NCBI GenBank assembly: GCA_016186955.1
Contig: JACPKP010000009.1
Span: 225,595 to 289,594, forward strand
Source of the DNA: Candidatus Daviesbacteria bacterium
GTDB taxonomy: Bacteria > Patescibacteriota > Microgenomatia > Daviesbacterales > UBA10151
Reading direction: 5' to 3'
DNA length: 64,000 nt
The first letter of the stretch is position 1. Each line of letters begins with the position of its first letter. The position numbers and the translations under genes were made by a program. The notes below the pieces were generated by a model, which saw only the letters and a list, made by a program, of their open reading frames with translations, had not been told where the DNA came from and ran no database searches. Below are positions 10,266 through 20,389 of this stretch, piece by piece.

Positions 10266-11309
10266 AATTTTGGCAATATCCCGGGCTGTTGAAACACAAC
10301 TAACAATCTTTCCTGAAAAAACTGTATAGATTCTATGGTCGATCTTATTTATAATTGTGGGCCGCTCATCAGTCTTATCCTTATTCGGTAAAACGGTTCT
10401 ATAAGTAAACATGGAGCCAAAATATTTGGCATACTTTATTTTAGAAATAAATTCTTCTGTTGATGCAATAAATTTCTTAAAATTAGTAAAGGGTGGATTT
10501 TTGATTACTCCTTTATTGAGTAACTCTGAAAATTTTTTATTAATTCTGGGATGTTTTCCAATATTGCTTTTGTGAATTGCGTGCACTACATTCCCCATAA
10601 CATACATCCCAGTTCTTCCAAAAGGATCAATACACATAAATGGGCCATCCAAAATAACGATACTTTTCTTTTGAAATTCCTTGGGTAATCTAACCACAAT
10701 TTTTTCGCATAGTTCATACTGGTAATCTTGATGTTTGTTTTTATATTTTCCGATGGCCTTATTTATGTAAGCATATGTACAGACAATCACATAATCATAA
10801 TTTTTATAGATTTTTTGATCAGCATAAGTATTCAAAATAACATTTACTGAACTTTTCTTGAGTTTCTGCCAAGCCACTTTTCTTAACTGAACAGGATTAA
10901 TTAAACTTTCCCGTACCTTTATAGATAAGTCAACTTTTTCTTTATTGACTAAGTTAAGATGTTGAATTTGATAATCTAACCCATATTTATTTAAAAATTT
11001 TAAATAATCTTTTGCAGAAGTTTTAGAGTTCTTCGTAGAGATAAAATAAAAGGTATCAGTATCGTCAACTAAAGCTGATTGGTACTCTTGTCTAAAACTT
11101 GTTTCGCTCAATAAGGAAGATAAAACCGTCTCTGGGCTTCTTGGGTAATGATAACCCCGATGGAGCCTGTATTGATTAATTCCTGAAGCAGCCTGCAATA
11201 TATCAGTCCCCTTCTCATAAAGGTCTACTGAAAAATCCTTAGCTAGTTTACAGGATATGGTCACACCAAAAATACCTCCACCAATAACTGCAACCCTTCT
11301 TTTATTCAT
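10254..11309 (-). CDS. FAD-dependent oxidoreductase (DAO-like)
   Basis: VAVIGGGIFG dinucleotide-binding motif; ASGINQYRLHRGYHYPRS; C-terminal SGKIVS. Confidence 0.75.
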   Translation of the reverse strand: MNKRRVAVIGGGIFGVTISCKLAKDFSVDLYEKGTDILQAASGINQYRLHRGYHYPRSPETVLSSLLSETSFRQEYQSALVDDTDTFYFISTKNSKTSAKDYLKFLNKYGLDYQIQHLNLVNKEKVDLSIKVRESLINPVQLRKVAWQKLKKSSVNVILNTYADQKIYKNYDYVIVCTYAYINKAIGKYKNKHQDYQYELCEKIVVRLPKEFQKKSIVILDGPFMCIDPFGRTGMYVMGNVVHAIHKSNIGKHPRINKKFSELLNKGVIKNPPFTNFKKFIASTEEFISKIKYAKYFGSMFTYRTVLPNKDKTDERPTIINKIDHRIYTVFSGKIVSCVSTARDIAKILAK

Positions 11310-11314
11310 ATAAT

Positions 11315-11345
11315 ATTTTACAACTTCTGACTACTGTAATATAAT
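11315..11345. promoter_or_regulatory. Divergent promoter region
   Basis: Minus-strand TAAAAT (11320-11315) lies 5 nt before ATG 11309; plus-strand TATAAT (11340-11345) lies ahead of 11364. Confidence 0.45.
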
Positions 11346-11363
11346 TTAGCACGTATATCAAAT

Positions 11364-12296
11364 ATGAAAAAAAGCATACCGAATCTAGCTATAGTTGGTA
11401 TAGGTAGATGGGGGCGAAACTTAATAAAGGAGTTTAAAAATCTAGAGAAAATAGGGCTATGTAGGTTGGTGTTATGTGTAAGTAGTGGCAATCACGAAAA
11501 TCTAGATCAATTGAAAAAAAATCATCCCACAGTGGTCCATACAACTGATTTTAAGCAGGCCTTGAGTGATCCCACAATTGATGCAATTGTTATAGCAACT
11601 CCCCCAAGAACTCATTTTCAACTTGCATCACAAGCATTAAAAGCCGGAAAACATATTTTTGTTGAAAAACCACCTGCTGAAAATTTAGCAACGACCAAGC
11701 GTCTAATAAATTTGGCAAAACAAGCCAAAAGAATACTTTTTATAGATAATATTTATATTTATCATCCATTGATCAATAAAGTAAAAAAACTTATTAAAGG
11801 ACGAAATCTTACTTCAGTTGAATTTGTTTGGTTAAAGGAAGGAACTTTTGACACTGATATCATTAGTAATTTGGTCTATCATGACTTTATTATTGCAAGT
11901 TATTTAATTGGTGAGCCAAGTAGTATGAGACTCGAAGAAGCTGTAGATGGTGTAACGATCTGTGATCGCATTAAATTTACCATGAACATTGAAGGAATAG
12001 AAAAATGCTTAGTTAGCATCAACAGAATATCTCCAATAAAACACAAACAAATAACTTTTAAATCTGCTAAAAGAACTTGGGTATGGACAGATAAGACCTT
12101 ATATCAGGTAAAACCTAATGAAGGGTTACAAGAAGTAGCTAGACTTACCGCAGAACCCTTATTTTTGAGTTGTAAGGAGTTCATTAAATGCTTAACTAAA
12201 GAGACATCCAACCTCGAGTCAAATATGCTAGCACTAGTTGCTATGAGGCTATCAGAAAGTTTAAAAGCCAAGCTGAATAAAAGCATTGCCGCATAA
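11364..12296 (+). CDS. Gfo/Idh/MocA family oxidoreductase
   Basis: IVGIGRWG, IATPPRTH and HIFVEKP motifs. Confidence 0.85.
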   Translation: MKKSIPNLAIVGIGRWGRNLIKEFKNLEKIGLCRLVLCVSSGNHENLDQLKKNHPTVVHTTDFKQALSDPTIDAIVIATPPRTHFQLASQALKAGKHIFVEKPPAENLATTKRLINLAKQAKRILFIDNIYIYHPLINKVKKLIKGRNLTSVEFVWLKEGTFDTDIISNLVYHDFIIASYLIGEPSSMRLEEAVDGVTICDRIKFTMNIEGIEKCLVSINRISPIKHKQITFKSAKRTWVWTDKTLYQVKPNEGLQEVARLTAEPLFLSCKEFIKCLTKETSNLESNMLALVAMRLSESLKAKLNKSIAA

Positions 12297-12298
12297 TT

Positions 12299-13372
12299 AT
12301 GATTCTTGGTATTTTTTTATCATCCGGTGAAAGCTTCAAAACAATGGCTAAAGCTGGTCAGGATACCCGGTTTAAAAAACTATATCTGAATTACTTTTCT
12401 ACAAAATTTGAAGCAGTTTATGTTTTTTCATATGCAGGAGAAAGGGTTGATGGTTTACCAACTAATGTTAAAGTGATCAGCAATAAATATAATTTACATA
12501 GATTTATTTACGGATTACTTATACCTTTTTTAAATTATAAATTTATAAAAAAATGTGATGTTTTCAGGGCGTATCATATTTTGGGTACGATGCCCGCTGT
12601 TGTCAGTAAGATATTTTTTAATAAGAAATTTGTTTTTAATTATGGGTATGATTATGTAGAATTTGCAAAAATTGAAGGGAAAATGTTGCAAATATTACTC
12701 ATAAAAATAATCAGCCCATTGGCTTTTTTCACCGCCTCTAAAATTATTGCTACTACGAAATTTGCGTTTCAGTTTATCCCTAGAAGTAAAAGTGTATTTA
12801 TTCCAAATGGTGTAGACACAAAATTATTTAAACCATACCCCCAAAAACATATAAGAAAGAGGCTTAAGCTTTTAAATATTGGTCGGCTGGAACCTCAGAA
12901 AAATCAAATTAATCTGGTTAAAGCAATGAAAGGAATAAGTGCAGATCTTCTTATCTTAGGTAATGGTTCGTTAGAAAATCAGATAATTGAAGAAGCTAAG
13001 CGGTTGGGTGTTAATCTTAAAATTTTAGAGAAAATTGACAATTCTAAACTGCCTGCAATATATAATGATGCTGACATCTTTGTACTTCCTTCTTTAACAG
13101 AGGGTCCGGTAAAAGTATTGATTGAGGCTATGTCATGTGGTTTACCGGTAATAGGGTCAAGGGCAAGGGGAATAAATGAAGTAATTATTAATGGAAAAAC
13201 AGGGTATTTTTGTTTAACCTCAGCGCAATCAATTAAAAAAGCTCTAAATAGTTTAATAGAGGATAAATCATTAAGGTCTGTGTTAGGGAAAAATGCACGT
13301 AAACTAATAGTGGATAAATTTGACTTGGATAAGTTGTTAGAACAAGAGGTAGCTGTTATGCACTCTCTATGA
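12299..13372 (+). CDS. GT4 glycosyltransferase
   Basis: IPNGVD, GRLEPQKN and PSLTEGPVKVLIEAMSCG motifs. Confidence 0.9.
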   Translation: MILGIFLSSGESFKTMAKAGQDTRFKKLYLNYFSTKFEAVYVFSYAGERVDGLPTNVKVISNKYNLHRFIYGLLIPFLNYKFIKKCDVFRAYHILGTMPAVVSKIFFNKKFVFNYGYDYVEFAKIEGKMLQILLIKIISPLAFFTASKIIATTKFAFQFIPRSKSVFIPNGVDTKLFKPYPQKHIRKRLKLLNIGRLEPQKNQINLVKAMKGISADLLILGNGSLENQIIEEAKRLGVNLKILEKIDNSKLPAIYNDADIFVLPSLTEGPVKVLIEAMSCGLPVIGSRARGINEVIINGKTGYFCLTSAQSIKKALNSLIEDKSLRSVLGKNARKLIVDKFDLDKLLEQEVAVMHSL

Positions 13373-14484
13373 AAAAAATCATAATTTGTTCGCCACAACT
13401 TGGCATATCTCCAGTATCAAATTTAGGGGGAGAAATTTATGATTATCAAACCATAAAAGGTTTTACTAGAAGGGGTGTCAGAGTCTTAATCTATTTACCA
13501 AAAAAAAGAATTTATGATAAGAGCATAAAAGATTTGTCTGTTACCTATTCCTCCATGACTCATATTTTTCCACCATGGTTTTTTAGTTTTATTTGTTTAC
13601 CGTATCTATTTAAGACATATAAAAGGGAGAAATTTGATATTTTACGGATTCATTCACCAAGATTTTTAGGAATTGCCGCAATGATATTTCATTTTTTTTA
13701 TCCCAAAGTCCCAATCCTTTCCAGTGGAGTTACAGTTGATAGTTTAGGATTACATTATCTAATTGAGAGATATATTTTTAATATCTCTTCAAGAATTATT
13801 GTTCAAAGTGAATATATGAAAAAATTATTAGTAAAAAAATATCATATAAATCAAATTAAAATAGCAGTCACATACGGTGGAGTCTTAGATAGTTCCAAAA
13901 ATTGGGTTAGTCGACCTAAAGAATCAGTATGCATTAGAAACAAAGATAAAGTATTACTTTTTATGGGAGCCCTGATCAATAGAAAAAATCCTTTATTTGC
14001 TTTGGATATTTTTATTAAAGTGCGGAGTAAGCTGAAGAATGTTTTTTTGGTAGTAATTGGAGAGGGTAATTTAAAGAAAAAAATGAAAAATAAAATAAAA
14101 GCCAAAAAAATGACTGACCGTATAATTTTTATTAACTCAGCATATAAGGAAGAAAAAGCTTATTGGTTTTCCAGGATGGATGTATTTCTTTTCCCATCTT
14201 TAAACGAGGGGTTTGGATTGGTTGCAACAGAGGCCATGTCCTTTGGAAAAGTCGTTATTACATCAGAAAAGGCAGCTTTTAAGGAAATTATTGATAATGG
14301 AAAAGATGGTTTTATGCTTCCGCTTAGTAATCAAAAACTCTGGATTGATACTACTTTAAAAATACTTAGCAGCAGTAAGATATCAGAAAGGATTGGTAGG
14401 AATGCTTTAAGTAAAGTTAAAACAAAATTTTCATGGGAAAGAACATACAATTTAAATAAAAAAGTAATTGAAGAAATGGTATGA
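13369..14484 (+). CDS. GT4 glycosyltransferase
   Basis: LGGE and PSLNEGFGLVATEAMSFG motifs. Confidence 0.9.
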   Translation: MKKIIICSPQLGISPVSNLGGEIYDYQTIKGFTRRGVRVLIYLPKKRIYDKSIKDLSVTYSSMTHIFPPWFFSFICLPYLFKTYKREKFDILRIHSPRFLGIAAMIFHFFYPKVPILSSGVTVDSLGLHYLIERYIFNISSRIIVQSEYMKKLLVKKYHINQIKIAVTYGGVLDSSKNWVSRPKESVCIRNKDKVLLFMGALINRKNPLFALDIFIKVRSKLKNVFLVVIGEGNLKKKMKNKIKAKKMTDRIIFINSAYKEEKAYWFSRMDVFLFPSLNEGFGLVATEAMSFGKVVITSEKAAFKEIIDNGKDGFMLPLSNQKLWIDTTLKILSSSKISERIGRNALSKVKTKFSWERTYNLNKKVIEEMV

Positions 14485-15248
14485 AACTGGTAATTTGGTT
14501 GATTAAAAAAACTGAAGCGCTGTCTGCATTATCCGTAAGATTGGTCTATTGGACTGGAAAGGCTAAAGTGCCAATTCATCCAAAGCATTTAATCCGTAAA
14601 GATACGGACATTTGGTATAAGAATCTGCTAAATAAGAAAATGGTGATTTTAGATGCTGGATGTGGTTCAGGACAGCATTCTAATTTAGCAGCAAAATATG
14701 TAAAAAAAATCATAGGGATAGATAACCAACAAAGTAATATAAAAATTGCCCAAACAGATGCAAAAAATAAAAAAATTAATAATGTTGAATTTATCTTGGG
14801 AAATCTCGAAAAAAAAATTTCTTTGCAGTCAGGATCTGTTAATTTAGCTATACTTTTTGATATCCTTGAGCATATTATAAACAGGCAAAAATTTCTTAAA
14901 GAAATAAAAAGATTGTTAAAAAATAAAGGGATAGTATTGGTTGTAATTCCAAATAATGAAACCTCCTGGAAGAAATTTCAAAGAAAATATGGTATCAAAT
15001 CCTTTTCAGACCCCGACCATAAAATAGAGTATACAAAAGAAAGCATTACTAAAGAGCTCGGTAAAGCTGGTTTTCAAGTAAGGAATATAACCCCAATTTC
15101 ATATGACACACCATGGGTTGGGTTTATTGATTTAATTGGCGGTATCTCCCTCGCTCTTTATAAACGATTATCCCGGTGGAAGTTAAAAATGTTAAAATTA
15201 CATCCTGAAAACTGCAGCGGTTATCAAATAATAGCTTCTAAAATATGA
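14481..15248 (+). CDS. Class I SAM-dependent methyltransferase
   Basis: ILDAGCGSG motif I; DILEHI; DPDH. Confidence 0.85.
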   Translation: MKLVIWLIKKTEALSALSVRLVYWTGKAKVPIHPKHLIRKDTDIWYKNLLNKKMVILDAGCGSGQHSNLAAKYVKKIIGIDNQQSNIKIAQTDAKNKKINNVEFILGNLEKKISLQSGSVNLAILFDILEHIINRQKFLKEIKRLLKNKGIVLVVIPNNETSWKKFQRKYGIKSFSDPDHKIEYTKESITKELGKAGFQVRNITPISYDTPWVGFIDLIGGISLALYKRLSRWKLKMLKLHPENCSGYQIIASKI

Positions 15249-16531
15249 AAATAATGCTTGTTTCTGATTATTACCCGCCATTTAACCCCGGAGGTAGCGA
15301 GTGGAGCGTACTTTATTTGTCGAAAGCGCTGCAAGATAAAGACATAAACAATATCATTGTAACACCAAATTATGGTACCCGTGCGGAGGAGATTATTGTT
15401 GGAACCAGAGTCATTAGATTTCCGAGCTTTAAGAAGGCATCAGGTTCCAGATCTGTAATAAATCCCATCTGGCAAAACAACCCATTTTTTTTTATCTGGA
15501 GCGCCGTATTTATCTATAAAATTGCAAAAAAAGAAAAAGTTGATATTTTACACATCCATGGTAAATTTTTAATTCCAGGGGGATATTGTGCTAGTAAGTT
15601 ACTCAAAGTGCCTTTTATAGTGACGATTAGGGATAAACAACTCTTGTGTAGTTATGGAAAATGTTTTTTTACTAAAGATCGGAAAAAATCTTGTAGTTGG
15701 ATAGAATATATGACCTCTGACTTGCCCTGGTTTTATAAGCATTTTGTAAAAGAGAAAAAACTTTCAAGCTTAATTTATACTTTCCTTTCAGCTTTGTGGA
15801 CAAGGATCGTAAACTCTCTCATTGTTTGGTTTGCTAAAAATTCGGATAAAATAATTGCAATAAGCAACTCACAAAAAACATACCTGGAGGCGGGTGGATT
15901 TAAAGATGTTAAGGTTATTTTTAATTCAGTTATTTTTCAAGACATTCAACCTACTAAAAAACGCAGCAACATATTGTTTGTAGGAAAACTCTCTTTAGGA
16001 AAAGGAATTTACCAATTACTAGAGGCGATACCGTTTGTTATCCAAAAAAGGAAAGAACTATTTATTTTTGCCGGGGGAGTAGAAGAAAAAAAAGATATAG
16101 ATGCAATGGTGAAAAAATTGGGTATTAGAGAATATGTTAAATTCTTAGGCGGGGTTGATCATTTTAAGCTTCAAAAACTGTATAAATCATGTAAATTAGT
16201 TGTAATGCCTTCAATTTACCCAGAAGCTTTTGGCAGGGTAGCTTTGGAAGCTTTATCAGCGGGCACTCCGGTAGTAGTTTCAAATAGAGGAGGTTTGCCA
16301 GAGATTGTGAGGCCAAAATACACGGGCTTAATATCTAAGGTAACCCCTGAAGATTTAGCCCTTGCCATCAATACCATTTTAAATAATTTAGATATGTATA
16401 TAAAAAATATTAATAAAGAGAGACTATCATTAATCAAAAAATTTGGAATAAACCCAATAAACCAGCATGCCCAGCTGTATAAGATATTAACCAGAAAACA
16501 TGATTTACATAAAATGCTCAATGTTGTATGA
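15245..16531 (+). CDS. GT4 glycosyltransferase
   Basis: YYPPFNPGGSE and PSIYPEAFGRVALEALSAG motifs. Confidence 0.9.
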   Translation: MKIMLVSDYYPPFNPGGSEWSVLYLSKALQDKDINNIIVTPNYGTRAEEIIVGTRVIRFPSFKKASGSRSVINPIWQNNPFFFIWSAVFIYKIAKKEKVDILHIHGKFLIPGGYCASKLLKVPFIVTIRDKQLLCSYGKCFFTKDRKKSCSWIEYMTSDLPWFYKHFVKEKKLSSLIYTFLSALWTRIVNSLIVWFAKNSDKIIAISNSQKTYLEAGGFKDVKVIFNSVIFQDIQPTKKRSNILFVGKLSLGKGIYQLLEAIPFVIQKRKELFIFAGGVEEKKDIDAMVKKLGIREYVKFLGGVDHFKLQKLYKSCKLVVMPSIYPEAFGRVALEALSAGTPVVVSNRGGLPEIVRPKYTGLISKVTPEDLALAINTILNNLDMYIKNINKERLSLIKKFGINPINQHAQLYKILTRKHDLHKMLNVV

Positions 16532-16532
16532 T
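16504..16532 (+). promoter_or_regulatory. Sigma70-type promoter for the PLP-enzyme gene
   Basis: TTTACA-N17-TATGAT upstream of ATG 16567. Confidence 0.45.
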
Positions 16533-16566
16533 CCATCCAGCTGCCGACTAGTTAAAAACCTGATTT

Positions 16567-17802
16567 ATGCCTTCTAAAAAACTGCCAAAACAATTAAAAA
16601 GTAACCAGGAACAAATAATTAAAAAAGTGTTATATGCGATGGCGGTTTACGGGGATGAAGAAATACATGCAGTCTTGAAATCAATGGAAAATAGATGGTT
16701 AGCCTCTGGACCGCTGGTGAAAGAATTTGAAGAAAAGATAGCAAGCTTGTTTGGTAAAAAATTTGGTGTTGCAGTCAATTCCGGTTCTTCAGCCAATCTG
16801 GTTACACTACATCTATTAAACCTCCCAGAGGGGAGTGAAGTAATTACCCCTGCCTGCACATTTTCTACAACCGTGTCTACTATTATTCAAAATAGGTTAA
16901 TTCCTGTTTTTGTAGATAGCATAATTGGAAGATATACAATAAATGAGAATTTGGCGGAAGCAGCAATTACAAAAAATACTAAGGCAATATTGGCGCCGCA
17001 TCTTGTTGGTGGGGTTTGTAATATGGAAAAGTTAAGAAAACTTGCCGATATGTATAATTTATATTTAATAGATGATTCGTGTGATACACTAGCCCCAAGA
17101 TTAAATGGTAAACCCGTTGCTGTTTATGGTGACATGACTACCACCTCTTTTTATGGTTCGCATATTATCACCGCCTTGGGTTTTGGAGGAATGCTTATGA
17201 CAGATGATGAGAAAATATATAAAAGAGCGCTGACTTTGCGGGATTGGGGGAGGGTGGGGAATGACCGGGAGGCTTTTGAAGATAGATTCAATTTTGAAAT
17301 TGATGAGGTGCCTTATGATGCAAAATTTCTTTATACGGAAGTTGGATATAATTTAAAAATGAATGAAGCAGCTGCAGCTTTCGGATTAGAGCAAATAAAA
17401 AAACTACCACAGTTCCTTAAAATACGTCAAAGTAATTTTGACAAAATGAAAATTTTTTTCTCGCAGTATTATGATTGGTTTTATCTTCCTTATCTTACTT
17501 CAGGGGCTGAAACAAACTGGTTGGCATTTCCGTTAACAGTCAGACAAGAGGCCCCTTTTAAAAGATATGATTTTTTAAAGCATATGGAAAGTAAAGGGAT
17601 TCAAACCAGAGTACTATTCTCAGGTAATATAACCAGACATCCTTTGTATAAGAAAATAGAGCATAGGATATATGGTAAATTAGAAAAAGCTGATGAAATA
17701 ATGAGATCGGGTTTGCTGCTTGGATGCCATCATGGAATGACAGATGAAGATGTAGCTTATGTTCTAAATTCTGCTGGACAATTTTTATCTAGTTACCGCT
17801 AA
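16567..17802 (+). CDS. DegT/DnrJ-fold PLP/PMP enzyme, His-type (RfbH/DdhC- or ColD-like NDP-4-keto-6-deoxysugar 3-dehydratase)
   Basis: VNSGSSANL and DDSCDTL motifs; SFYGSHII has His at the Schiff-base Lys position; RDWGR; GYNLK; LFSGNITRHP. Confidence 0.8.
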   Translation: MPSKKLPKQLKSNQEQIIKKVLYAMAVYGDEEIHAVLKSMENRWLASGPLVKEFEEKIASLFGKKFGVAVNSGSSANLVTLHLLNLPEGSEVITPACTFSTTVSTIIQNRLIPVFVDSIIGRYTINENLAEAAITKNTKAILAPHLVGGVCNMEKLRKLADMYNLYLIDDSCDTLAPRLNGKPVAVYGDMTTTSFYGSHIITALGFGGMLMTDDEKIYKRALTLRDWGRVGNDREAFEDRFNFEIDEVPYDAKFLYTEVGYNLKMNEAAAAFGLEQIKKLPQFLKIRQSNFDKMKIFFSQYYDWFYLPYLTSGAETNWLAFPLTVRQEAPFKRYDFLKHMESKGIQTRVLFSGNITRHPLYKKIEHRIYGKLEKADEIMRSGLLLGCHHGMTDEDVAYVLNSAGQFLSSYR

Positions 17803-17811
17803 TATCCTAAA

Positions 17812-18870
17812 ATGACAATTTGCTTTTTTGGTTCGTATGAACGTAATTATTCAAAAAATGTTATTCTTCTGAAAGGCTTAAAAAAGAAAAAAATAAAAGT
17901 TGTCCATTGCCATCATCCAAATTATTTTACTCTTTCCCATTATCCTTCGCTTTTTTGGCAATTTCTTAATAAAGCAAGAGACGCAGACATTATTTTTGTA
18001 GCTTTTTTTGGCCACTATGATGTATGGTTTGCATGGATTTTGGGGAAAATATTTAAGAAAAAGGTTATTTTTGATCCTCTCGTATCAATTTACAATACTA
18101 GGGTAGAAGACCGTCAATATTTTAAAAAAAACAGCTTACGTGCAAAATTCTACATTCTTTTTGACCGGCTAAATGTTCACCTTGCGGAGCTAGTCTTACT
18201 GGATACCTACGAACACTTCAAGTATTTTCAGAAGATGTTTGGTTTAAGTGAAAGAAAAACCGCCATTGTACGTGTTGGGGCTGATGAAGAGATGCTTGTA
18301 CCGGTTAAAAAACATGCCAACCAACCGACGAGAGCATTATTTTACGGTTCCTACCAGCCAAGCCAGGGTGCTCTAAGAATTATTCAAAGCGCAAATTTGT
18401 TAAAAAAAGAGGATATAGCATGGATTTTTATTGGTAATGGTCAACAAAGAGCCTTGGTTGAAAACTATGCTAAAATAAAACACTTAAAAAAGACTACTTT
18501 TTTAGAGACAATGCCTTTTCAAGAACTTGTTAAATATATTATTAATGCAGATATAATATTTGGAGTGTTTGGGAATACTATTAAGTCTAAAATGGTAATT
18601 CATAACAAGATTTATCAGGGGACTGCTTTAGGCAAGGTTGTAATTACCCAGGATACAAAAGCTGTAAGAGAAATTTTTACTGACAAAAAAAATATTATTT
18701 TAACACAACCTAATAAAAAGAGTATCAGTGAAGGGATAATAAAGTTATTAAATAATAAAAAAGAGATTCAAAGGATAGGAAGAGGGGCAAGACAACTTTT
18801 TTTAAAACAACTTACCAGTAAACAGATAACAGATGAGTTAGTGGCTAAATTTAAAAAGCTAATGTTATAA
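17812..18870 (+). CDS. GT4-like glycosyltransferase
   Basis: GT-B features: FFGSY, DPLVS, FYGSYQPSQG, GVFG...VIHNKIYQ. Confidence 0.75.
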   Translation: MTICFFGSYERNYSKNVILLKGLKKKKIKVVHCHHPNYFTLSHYPSLFWQFLNKARDADIIFVAFFGHYDVWFAWILGKIFKKKVIFDPLVSIYNTRVEDRQYFKKNSLRAKFYILFDRLNVHLAELVLLDTYEHFKYFQKMFGLSERKTAIVRVGADEEMLVPVKKHANQPTRALFYGSYQPSQGALRIIQSANLLKKEDIAWIFIGNGQQRALVENYAKIKHLKKTTFLETMPFQELVKYIINADIIFGVFGNTIKSKMVIHNKIYQGTALGKVVITQDTKAVREIFTDKKNIILTQPNKKSISEGIIKLLNNKKEIQRIGRGARQLFLKQLTSKQITDELVAKFKKLML

Positions 18871-18871
18871 T
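18863..18871 (+). promoter_or_regulatory. Extended -10 promoter (leaderless) for wzm
   Basis: TGtTATAAT ends 6 nt before the GTG start at 18878. Confidence 0.55.
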
Positions 18872-18877
18872 CCGTAA

Positions 18878-19666
18878 GTGCAAGACTTTGTTAAAATTAT
18901 TAAAATTTGGCAATACAGACAACTGCTTTATTTTTTGACAATAAAAGAGATTAAAGTTCGTTATAAACAAGCTTTTTTTGGTATAGCTTGGGCAATTTTA
19001 ACTCCCTTATCACAAGCTTTAGTTTTTGCTTTCATTTTTGGAATCCTGCTGAAAACACAAATAAATAACATACCGTATCTGCTGTTAGTTTTTTCCGGAT
19101 TTACTTTCTGGAATTTTTTTGCTTTATCTATATCAAGCGCAACATCTGCTTTGACTGGAAATACTAACTTAGTCACGAAATCTACATTTCCTAAAGAGAT
19201 ATTAGTGCTGGCGTCAGTATTTGGGCGTCTCCCCGATTTATTAGCATCTTTAACAATGCTATTGATAATGCTTGCGTTTTATCAAATTAATTTTTCAATG
19301 CAACTTCTTTGGATTATCCCTATGTTTGCAATAGAGGTAATACTTGCTTTGGGGATAGGACTATTTTTTGCTGCAGCAAATGTTTATTTTAGGGATATTA
19401 CAGCCCTAGTCCCACTACTGTTGATGCTTTGGCTTTATTTAACACCTGTTGTATATTCGTTAAGCTTGATACCAAAAGCATATCAGTTTTTTATTTCATT
19501 AAATCCGATGACAGGTATTTTGGAAGGAGTGCGAGGCTCCCTATTTTTACAAAAATCTCCAGATATTAGCGCACTCATTTTACTTATGTGTATTTCACTA
19601 ACAATTTTTATAATAAATTTTATTTTATTCAAAAAACTAGAAAAAGGTTTTGCGGATATTATTTAA
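18878..19666 (+). CDS. wzm: ABC-2 polysaccharide exporter permease
   Basis: EIKVRYKQAFFGIAWAILTP, YFRDI, LTPVVY, LNPMT and FADII motifs. Confidence 0.9.
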   Translation: MQDFVKIIKIWQYRQLLYFLTIKEIKVRYKQAFFGIAWAILTPLSQALVFAFIFGILLKTQINNIPYLLLVFSGFTFWNFFALSISSATSALTGNTNLVTKSTFPKEILVLASVFGRLPDLLASLTMLLIMLAFYQINFSMQLLWIIPMFAIEVILALGIGLFFAAANVYFRDITALVPLLLMLWLYLTPVVYSLSLIPKAYQFFISLNPMTGILEGVRGSLFLQKSPDISALILLMCISLTIFIINFILFKKLEKGFADII

Positions 19667-19669
19667 ATT

Positions 19670-20389
19670 ATGGAAGATATCATTGTTTTGAATAATGTTT
19701 GGAAAAAATATAATATAGGCAGTTCTAAAAAGTTGACAGAGACAATCTCCTCCTTTTTTTCATCAACAAAAGAAAAGAATTTTTGGGCTCTAAAAAATAT
19801 AAGCTTAGAAATTAAAAAGGGTGAGGTGATAGGTATAATCGGGCCAAACGGGTCAGGAAAATCAACACTATTGAAGATCTTATCGGGTATATCTTTTCCA
19901 TCAAAAGGATATTTATCTATTGACGGTAAGGTAGCATCTCTTTTAGAATTAGGGACAGGTTTTCATCCTGAGTTGACAGGTAGAGAAAATGTCTATCTTT
20001 ATGGTGCTATCTTGGGTATTGACCATAAACTTATAAAACATCAGTTTGACCAAATAATAAAATTCTCTGGCGTGGGAAAATTTATAAATACACCACTTAA
20101 GCATTATTCTTCAGGGATGTATATTAGACTGGCATTTTCAGTAGTAACACATTTAGACTTTGATATTTTACTAATAGATGAGGTACTGGCAATAGGTGAT
20201 GCCCAATTTCAAAAAAAATCCTTTGCTAAAATTCAAGAGATAAACAAACAAAACAAAACAATCATTGTTGTAAGCCATGATTTACAAAATATTACTAAGT
20301 TATGCGACAAAGTAATATTACTTAAAAACGGTAGAATCGAAAAAGTAGGAACAGCTCTTGATACTGTAAATTATTATCAAAAGCTATGA
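19670..20389 (+). CDS. wzt: ABC polysaccharide exporter ATPase, without a C-terminal sugar-binding domain
   Basis: FWALKNIS; Walker A GPNGSGKST; YSSGMYIRLAFS; IDEVLAIGD. Confidence 0.9.
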   Translation: MEDIIVLNNVWKKYNIGSSKKLTETISSFFSSTKEKNFWALKNISLEIKKGEVIGIIGPNGSGKSTLLKILSGISFPSKGYLSIDGKVASLLELGTGFHPELTGRENVYLYGAILGIDHKLIKHQFDQIIKFSGVGKFINTPLKHYSSGMYIRLAFSVVTHLDFDILLIDEVLAIGDAQFQKKSFAKIQEINKQNKTIIVVSHDLQNITKLCDKVILLKNGRIEKVGTALDTVNYYQKL

